The position numbers and the translations under genes are program-made. The notes beneath the pieces are model-generated. The model was not told the origin of the DNA and searched no databases. It was given only the letters and a program-made list of their open reading frames with translations. A stretch of DNA of 64,000 bases from Octopus vulgaris (taxonomy: Eukaryota): NCBI GenBank assembly GCA_951406725.2, contig OX597825.1, positions 2,542,001-2,606,000 of the forward strand, written 5' to 3'. Every line of letters starts with the position of its first letter. Position 1 is the first letter of the stretch. Positions 54,730 to 64,000 of the stretch are shown in pieces.

Positions 54730-55420
54730 TTAGGGTATTAAATCTTTACACTTCAAGTGCTTTTATAATGAATTTCGCTTTGGAACGACTTCGTGTTCAG
54801 TATTATTAAAAGAGCAATTGATGACAGCTTTCGTATTTCATGACAACAATAAGGAGGCGAAGAATATTTCAGAGAGCAGCATTTCTGTTAAAATAGGGGT
54901 AAGATTTTAGTGCACTGTCTTTCACTTTCGGTCCTGGGTAAAATTTCATTGCAGTGTTGGGGATAATAGGCACAGTACGTAGATGTCATTGTATTGGTGA
55001 AACGGAAATTAAGATGAAAAATGCATATAGATGTCCATTAAGTGAAGCGTGATAGTGATTCAATAATTGGAGATTAGTCAAATACCTGGATTTCCTGTTT
55101 GTTCATGGATAATTCGGCAGTCCTTTAACCTCTGACATGCCAAACGCAATATTACTTTTTGGGATATCTGTCGACGCTAAAAAATACAAAGAGAAGCAAT
55201 GAGTGATAGTCAGAGACAGCGAAATGTAAGTTCTGCATTGACATTGGAAACTTAGAAATGTTTATTCTTCACTAAACAATACGAGGTAAAAGGCAGCTTA
55301 TGTGTGAATTATACTTTGTACTGTTCAAAGAAGCTTGGTTTTCATATCCACAATGACGCCTACTCGCGATGACATTATTGATAAATGTAGTGTGTGGTTG
55401 TTGTATGTGTAGAAGGCGTC
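54730..55420 (+). pseudogene. Decayed piggyBac-like transposase
   Basis: ISLWNDFVFSIIKRAIDDSFRI, CLFMDNS, HWKLRNV and DDIIDK fall in the order of the DE..WKGR, MDN, W.D...V and VD..DQ motifs. Confidence 0.4.
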
Positions 55421-56838
55421 TGTGTAGAGAAAGTTTTTAAAACAACAGAAAGAGTGGAGTGCTATTATTAGCGTAGAACTATGATTAAAAATGTTAGTTA
55501 AGCTGATTTAACTTTTTTATTAAATAAATATGCGTGCGACAGCATGAACATAAAAATTCGATAATGAACATTTAGCTTGCAGTGCAGGGTTTTGAAAAAC
55601 ATTTAATCACTCCAAGGGTTGAGATAAGCTTTTATAATTCTACGATAACATAAATACAAAGACTTGGCAATTACATTATAGCTAAATTTACTTTAAGTTT
55701 TAAAACTCCGGGAATCGAATGTTATTAATCTGAAGTGGAGGGAAAAGCAGAATGTTTTAATTGATTTTTATCAAGGGGATTTAATAACATTTTTTCTAAC
55801 GATGAGAGTTATTACAAATTGTACTAATAAAAAAAGATGAAACAGTGATCAAAGACACGACGGAGACACTGCTTTGTAAATGAAAATTTCCTCTGAGATC
55901 ATCAGTAAGCGTCAGTTTTGGCTTATAATTAGACTTGACGTCATATTCTTGGAAACAACGAAAAAATACCTGATTAAGAGGTGTCTCAATTTTTTGCAGT
56001 TTCTCGTTAATATATGTCTTAACGTAATTTATTCGCATCAGCATTCAGTCGAACTTAAGACATTTGCTTCGCAACGAAAACGTTTTGAGTACGTGTCCAC
56101 TGTCAACTGAAATAGTTGTGTATAAGTGTAAATGTCGTTTTTTGCTATGCTGATCAGGTATTACGTTCCCTCATGATTGACCGTGCAACGCGTGACGTTG
56201 CGTTCTTGAGCAAAATAAGTCATTTCACATTACTCCAGCTGAAACACCTGGCAAACAAGAGTAATCCTGCGACGGACACACGTCCCATGCATGTGGGGAA
56301 TATACACAACAGGGAATTTGGGAAACCAGCCCTTTGTATTTTATGACACGCCAAGGAATCTATTTTCTTTTTTACGATACGAGATGAAATAATTGAAACA
56401 AATCCAGAAAAAACTGGGCAATGGAAAGAGGATACACTTAACTAGATAAACGTGGAGATTTAATAGCATGAAAATGAGGCTAAGATGAAAGAGGCCAAAC
56501 AAAACGTCGCCTTGACAAGAGTCTAGAATATTCATATTAATAGATCATAAAATAACGGCAGGACAAGGCAACACCGGAAATCAAACAGCCAACATTTTTA
56601 CTTAAGGGAATTTTTTGGAACGTATGAAATAAAAAGAAAGAAAAGTCAGTGCGAGGAAATGATATTGAAAACGAAGCAAAGAATACAAATAAAAACAGAG
56701 ACAAGAAAGAGAACACTTCAGTGTAAAGTAGCAGACACCAAGCTGTAGAGGAAAGAGCTTTCGCCGGAGTGCTGCATTGGTCATAAAATGCGAGGTGTTT
56801 ACATATGGACAACCAGACAACCAGCCATACACACGTAT

Positions 56839-56876
<38 letters not shown>

Positions 56877-58191
56877 CTGTATATATACATATATGTATAT
56901 ATATATACATATATATATGTACATATTTAGGTATATGAATATACACATTTAAATATATCCCAATATATATATACATGCATATATATATACATGCATATAT
57001 ATATGTGTGTATATATGATTGTATCGCAGTCCTTTCACTAGATCTCGAATGTTATTAATCCTAGCTTTACATTCAAACGAAAGAGAAGATGAATTCTTTA
57101 CGATTAATATCGAAGAGACTAAAAATAAATATTCTCTTCCAGAAGAATCTCTATGATTTACCATAATCCTTACAGTTATTGCTAATGTTCCATTAATGTT
57201 TAGTTACCTAATACTTAATAGCCTTTTCTTTTTATATCACTAACCAACAGCAGTAAAAATATAATCTCGAAATACTCTGCTGTATACTTTATACTGAATA
57301 TACTTTAATTTTCAATTTTTCAACCACTGAAATCCCTTTAGAGTCTTACGTAATGCTGAATCAGAAATCTATCTTTGATATCTAAATTTCTAACCAGTTT
57401 AAAATATATTTAAAGTGGTTTGCCATTTTGCGAATTTAGATTAATATATAATAAATATTATGAAAATAAAATGAAGTATACATGAGTAGCTTAAACAATA
57501 TGTTCTATAAAATTAGTGAAAATACAAGGCTGAAGGAGATTTTATATTGATTTTATATCATATCTTTATGTTTTTAGTCCGATAAATTATATTGAATATA
57601 TGTGCTTCAAATACAAAACTTGAAGTATCTCAGAAAATGAATATATGATGTGATGTTTCTTTAATTTATTAAGAGCAGTAGACTGAGCACTGTAGGAAGA
57701 ATTATGAAAGAGAACTAGCTTTCCATGTGCCATAATGGCTTTTAATGTTGTATACAACTCTCTGGTTTCTCCATCTTTATATGACTGAATGAATAATAAC
57801 AATTTAAAGAGCACTACATCTGTGAGAAAGGTCGCGCATAATACATAATTCATAATAGATTAGAGGTCAATACGAATCAAAGGCTACTGATTGATATCAT
57901 TGACTCTTGATGTAAAGGAGTAGAAATAATGGACAAAGCAGGCTTTTAGTTTGGCTTGTGTGAGTGTGTGTCTGTATGTATGTGTGTATGCGTGAATATA
58001 TGTGTGTGTGTATAAATATATGTATGTATAAATATATGTATGTATATATATATATATATACGCTGAGATGTGCACGTGCACAGATATACTCTTCACAATA
58101 TTTGCAGTAGAATTATTTATTGCTTGTTCATTTTGAAGCTATGTTCGATTCCGGTGCTAATCAGAGTAGTTGTAACGACCATGCCGAGGAC

Positions 58192-58239
<48 letters not shown>

Positions 58240-61200
58240 AAATTGTGTGTGCATGGATGCGAGTGCCATCTGATCTACATCTCTATATGTGAACTTATTC
58301 TAGTATATTTGAAAATCATTAAAAAACTGTTATGTAGAAGCCAACAAACCGCTATCTCTATCAATAGATTGGTTGTTGTGTCTCTATTTCTTCTGATAAT
58401 TGATCTAATTAGTTCAAACTGACTTGTGGTCTAAATTACACATTGTCCAACTTCAGATCTTCTTACGGTTAGTGAATTACTCAGTATTAATCTATTTAGC
58501 AATCAACGGACATCTTTTAGATATTAAAATTATCGTATTTTACACATACCCTGTAAATGCAAACTGAAGGCAACGAGTGGTTCTGCACTGTGAATAAACT
58601 ATAAATTTTCAATTTTCGAAATACTGAGATCAACACATCAACAAATGTGGCTTATACAATATATCCTATGAATTGGAGATGAGAATTGAGGAATTATTAT
58701 TTTTCTCTGAGATGTTATAACAAGCGTAGAAAAGCTCGTTGACATTTTCAATGTTATCATTCAGTATCGGATTTAAATGATTGCCCCAAATATCTTAAAT
58801 TATTAATGAAACAATATTCTACTAGCGTTAGCAATATTTCCATGGAGAAGAGAAGTTGATATTATAATTTCTATGTTTAACACATGGATGATTTATGATT
58901 TTGGGAATCGACTTATCGTTTGATCTAAGTCGCTAAGCATATTTGTCAGCTGGTTTGACACTGTGGAAAGAGAACTAAATAACAGAAGAGCTATGGTGAT
59001 CATTCGTGTAGCCATACAGACCCACTGGAGAAAACGCCAAACACTAATTTGGTAAATGGCAAATTGAAGAATCAATATAATGGTAATTTATTGTAAGTTA
59101 ATTTTCGTAGATAATTTTGGCACTCATTTTGTAAGTAGATATAGTGAGAGGTTTATAAATAATTTCTAGCATCCAAATGGAGTAAACAAAAAATATCAAG
59201 CATGAAACCATCTTTGCTGTTTATATTGTATTTGCATTGTTGAAGTATAAGTAGACTTGTTTTAGAATAATAACATTTAAACTTACGCCGGGAAGACAGT
59301 ACAAAGAATAATAGGTTCTAATCAAATAATTCATTGAATCTTAGCTCGGAATTGGTAAAAATGTAAAGCCTTGTGTCGGTTAGGATCTCTCTAATTTGCT
59401 ATGAAAGATGCACGTATGCCATATGTAAGTTTTAATATAGCGGCGTTTCAGTTATTAAGAACATGTCGTCACATTCTGGAGTTAGAACTCTTCTGATGTC
59501 TACTATTCTAAATTTCTCTTACGCTAATTTACGTTGTGTTCTACAGATGTTCAGTCTATGAATAATTAGTTTTGGCCTTTTTTCTGCCTACTGCGTCTGT
59601 ATCTTTTGCAAACATTTCAATTCTTGATAATATACTCTTATTTAAATTTTGGACTAATTAATCGAAACCTATAATTGCTTTCAATTCTTGTTTGAACTTA
59701 CGAACAAATTTCACAGGTCTTCCAACTCAGTCTTATATTTTGTAAATACATTCCCATTATCCATATTGAGAAGATGATTGTTTGCTTATATCTATGACTT
59801 ACGTTAAGTTGATTTAGCACTTCACTACACAATGAGCGTCGTATTTTATTTTACACTTAACTGTTGAATGGACAGCTAAACACAAACCTTGAATATTTTC
59901 ATTCTTGTTTCGGGGATTCTATTGCATATATCCTTACGATTTTAAAATCCAATTGGGTTATATTTCCCTCGCACTTATAATCTTTTTGTTTCATTCTTCA
60001 CATATCTTTAATAGTAATCCTGCTTTTGAGCGTTACGTTTACCCAGTCGTATGCACGTAAATAATCTACGTATTTTCACCGATAGCTTACAATGTCATTT
60101 GGATTTTAGGCGTTTTCATTTAGATACGGGGTTTTGTGTTTCGTATTAAACATTTTAAGAGTACACCGCCTTAAGATACCATGTCCATCGTCACTTCTCT
60201 TACGGCTCCTTGCAGGAAAACAGTCTTACAAAATTTAGTTAGCTTTCTAAAATTTCTATTTTAGCTGTGCATTTTGTTTCCTTTGTCTGAAATGATTCCT
60301 TATTTTTTTTTTATATATAAAACTATCAAATTTGTGTGTAATGTTCAAGAGAAGTTGAGTCTGCTTGCATTATTGTTGTGTTTGGCTCTACACTAGCTCG
60401 TTCATATGGCTGCTCTCTGTGAAATAACTTATTAACATACATATTTGATTAATCATCGTTATTTTGATGCAAAATAATAGACGCATACATCCTTAAGAAA
60501 AGATTTTAATAATGATCTCGCGTAGTTCGCTGTTGATATCAATGAGGTTCTCAGGTTCATTTCAGATATCAATTAAACCTTCATAGACATGATATTAGAT
60601 TATTTTTCTTATTACTATTGTTACAACCATTGTTATTGTTATAATTATCATCCTTGTTATCATCCTTATCTTTATCGTCACCGTCATCACCACCGTCATC
60701 ATCGTCGTCGTCGTCATCGCTGCCACCATCCCCGCCACCGTCGTCATCATTACTCGCGTCACACTATAAAGATCTTGTTATACTAAGGCACCAAATTTAT
60801 TAAAATTTTCAAATCAAAGGAAATAAATAATCTTTAATAGTTCTACAGATTTCTTTTTTTTTTTCGTAATTTATCATGGTGTCTTTTGTTACAATTTTCA
60901 TTAGAATCTTCATAATCTCCCGGATCTCTTCTACCATTACACACATCATCATCATTACGAACATACACAACAACGACCTAGTAACGCATCCATCACCATT
61001 CTCATTACAATCAGAACAACACCGCCACATCTTTTTATCATTTGGCGTTTGGTTGACGGATTTACATGTTCATTAGTTTGTCAGACAAAAGATGTTGAGC
61101 GATGATTTCGAATCATTACATTATGAGTTGAAGTATCTTTCATTTCAAATCTGCGTTCCATTCTTTTGCAGCCTATAAACTTTATTTGAACATATGTCGT

Positions 61201-62130
61201 GGGTAAATGTAATTGACTAAAGCCTTTAAGTTAATGCAATATCTGAAGGCATCTCCAAATCCTTTATTAATATAATCAATATCATTAGATGAGCAGGAGA
61301 TGCTTCTTCGAGTGCAGTTGTTTCATCACGATCGCCGTTGCTATGGATTGTTGCTGCAAATGACGTATTCATATACGTTGAAAAAAAATTGGAAATTTAG
61401 ACTCTAAAGAGACATCAATTTGCTGGACAAGGCAGGGAACTATGCAGCAAAATTAACCAGAGGTTAAGAAAAAAATAACAAATAATTAGAGCCATACTTT
61501 ACATATCGTAGCCCTCGATAGAAATATCGAACGTTTGCCAAATGACACGCATCGATATATAGACATGCACAATGCAAATCTTATAGTCCTTAAATTAATA
61601 GTCAAATATATATTTATATATACACACACGCACATACATATACAAACACATATATAGAGATATAAATGAATCCAAGGATACGCCCGCGACCACATATATG
61701 TGCACGCACATAAAGTTTGGGGCTTATATAAAAGATACAGAATACTGTACCGCCGTAGCAAGCTAGGTTTTCACTTGGATTTCAATATTTTATTTGCTAT
61801 GATATGATTATAATATTTTCTGTGATTATTGACGCATACAGTGTAATATTGAAAAAAAATCTTTTGGAAGTTCATAAAGTTCAGAATATTGTATTAACCT
61901 TTGAAGTTCTTTAATAACAAATATTTCATCTACACAGAAGAATATACATAACCCCCATTTATATACAATGTAAGGGTGAGTAAATAAATATGTTCGACTA
62001 CACACAAAACAAACACACCCACTCACACAATTATACAGCCAAATATACACGATTATATGTATGAGTGTATGAATGGAGGTATCTATATAGCTACACACAC
62101 ATACATACAGACACACGTACATCCATATAA

Positions 62131-62175
<45 letters not shown>

Positions 62176-62442
62176 TGTGTGTATAAATAAATGAATAAAT
62201 TGTATATATACATACATACATAACTATATATATACATATAATTCTATATGTCTGTGTCTTGCTACACTTTCGTAAATTTAATCATTATTCATTAATTCGT
62301 ATAGATACGTTGGTAAAGTGAACGCTTGTTATATAAATACACACACACAGACTTATGTATGTATAAAAATATACGTATAATGAGGTGTATGTACGCATGC
62401 ATGTATGTCTCTAAAAAGGAAAATAAGTATTAACAAAAGATG

Positions 62443-62490
<48 letters not shown>

Positions 62491-63175
62491 CGTGTGTGTG
62501 TGTGTGTATGTATACATGTATACATACATATATAATGACATATTTATGTATATATATTTTTAATATTATTTATATATATATATATACATATATATATGGA
62601 TACATACATTTTAATAAGGTGAGAGAGAAAGCGAGAGTAATAGTGTGACTGAGTGAGTTGACTGGCTTAGAGTTTTCGTTATTATTTTGTGTTTGATTTC
62701 ATTTGTAAATAAGAAATGTTTTTCAGGAATTCTGCCAAACTCTTGCAGTATTGCTTTTCCACTGAGAAGGGTTATATATAGCTTCTGAACACGTCAATTG
62801 TTTATCAGTTATCACAAGACAAACAACAGAGAACTTCCTCGTATTTTTGACCACACTGTACTTGTTATGCTACTTGTAATAAACCGAGATGCAGATACAC
62901 ACACACACACGTTTTTCTATATATGCGTATATAAATGTGTGTGTGTGTGCATCTGTGTGTGTAGGTATTTATTAGGAAAGTATTTAAAGTGTTCTTTATG
63001 TTCTCTGTTTTGAATGTTCTTCAACTTCAAAGGTTCCACTAAGCTGCAAGCTGATCAGATCTATTTGATGCGTCTCACCAGAGAACTACAGAACTACCTA
63101 CATGCAGTTGCAAGCGAAACTAAAAAGCAGGATCTGCATGGTTTTGTATTATTATTATTATTTATATAATGTGAG

Positions 63176-63186
63176 ATGATATAATA

Positions 63187-63217
<31 letters not shown>

Positions 63218-63264
63218 TAATGATAATAATAATAATAATAATAATAATGATGATGATGATGATG

Positions 63265-63340
<76 letters not shown>

Positions 63341-63341
63341 C
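63176..63341. repeat. (AAT)n/(GAT)n microsatellite
   Basis: Read directly. Confidence 0.95.
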
Positions 63342-63841
63342 GATTATATTGATGCTTTGCTTTGGACTATTTGCAGAAGGGATTTTTTATTCATGTTGTT
63401 GTTCTTACTGTTATGTTTTGTTCTTTTGTGGATGCTTTATTTCTATGTTGACTTTTTATAGCATTTTGAGTATAAATTTTCCCCGTCTAACCTTTGTTTA
63501 AGTTCAATAAAAAGAAAATTAAGGCAGAGGGACAGAGATACCGGAGGTGAGGGAGATGAATGTGTTCTGTTTCAGTTGTTCACACTATAGTTTCACCATA
63601 AATTAAATCTAGGGCGTTTAATTTATAAAATCAAATATTCCATATGAAATCCGTGCAGAATTAGAATATATTGGTTGAAAACGGGAGATTATTTGGCATC
63701 ATTTCTATAGAAACAGCGAAATTTTCCTGCGAAATTTTAACTTACGTAATCTCCTTTAACAACGTATGACATAAGAAGTCGCATATTCAAAAAGGCTTCG
63801 CTTAAATGTTTTGAGAAATCTAGTCTCCGATTTAAAGACAA

Positions 63842-63978
63842 ATGTGCTAAGAAATTTGCTTTCCAATCACATGGTTCAGAGTCCAATCACTCTGTGAGGC
63901 ACCTTGGGAAAGTGTGTGGGGCAGACCGAACCTTGTGAATGGATCTGGTAGACGGAACCTGAAAGATGCCCTTAGTGT
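63842..63978 (+). mobile_element. SINE family A 5' half, diverged
   Basis: TAAGAAATTTGCTTTCCAATCACATGGTTC...GGCACCTTGGG...GGATCTGGTAGACGGAACCTGAAAGA. Confidence 0.7.
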
Positions 63979-64000
63979 ACATACATACATACATACATAC

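Overview
This is AT-rich, microsatellite-saturated eukaryotic DNA that looks intergenic or intronic. The SINE families and the density of (TA)n, (CA)n, (CATA)n and (AGAT)n repeats suggest a coleoid cephalopod (Octopus-like) genome; this is an inference. I see no complete host gene, rRNA, tRNA gene or CRISPR array, and most ORF-track entries are microsatellite translations. The only intact protein-coding stretch is the C-terminal linker plus GIY-YIG endonuclease of a 5'-truncated Penelope-like retroelement (PLE; 37864-39056), bracketed by a 120-bp inverted copy of its own 3' end. The most interesting signal is a set of hammerhead ribozyme (HHR) motifs in (TA)n-flanked elements. One is a canonical minimal type I HHR at 1589-1633 in a hairpin-rich non-coding element. 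Another, at 38876-38915 in the PLE 3' end, is a non-canonical minimal HHR whose CUGANGA core reads UUGAAAA (compensatory U3-A8 instead of C3-G8); a decayed second UUGAAAA copy lies at 40812-40860. The rest is three tRNA-derived SINE families, decayed mariner/Tc1, piggyBac, RTE, R4/Dong-like and Ty3/gypsy-like relics, two local duplications (one direct, one inverted) and a candidate 17-nt minus-strand microexon. All protein-family and ribozyme calls come from reading motifs by eye; no searches or folding were run.
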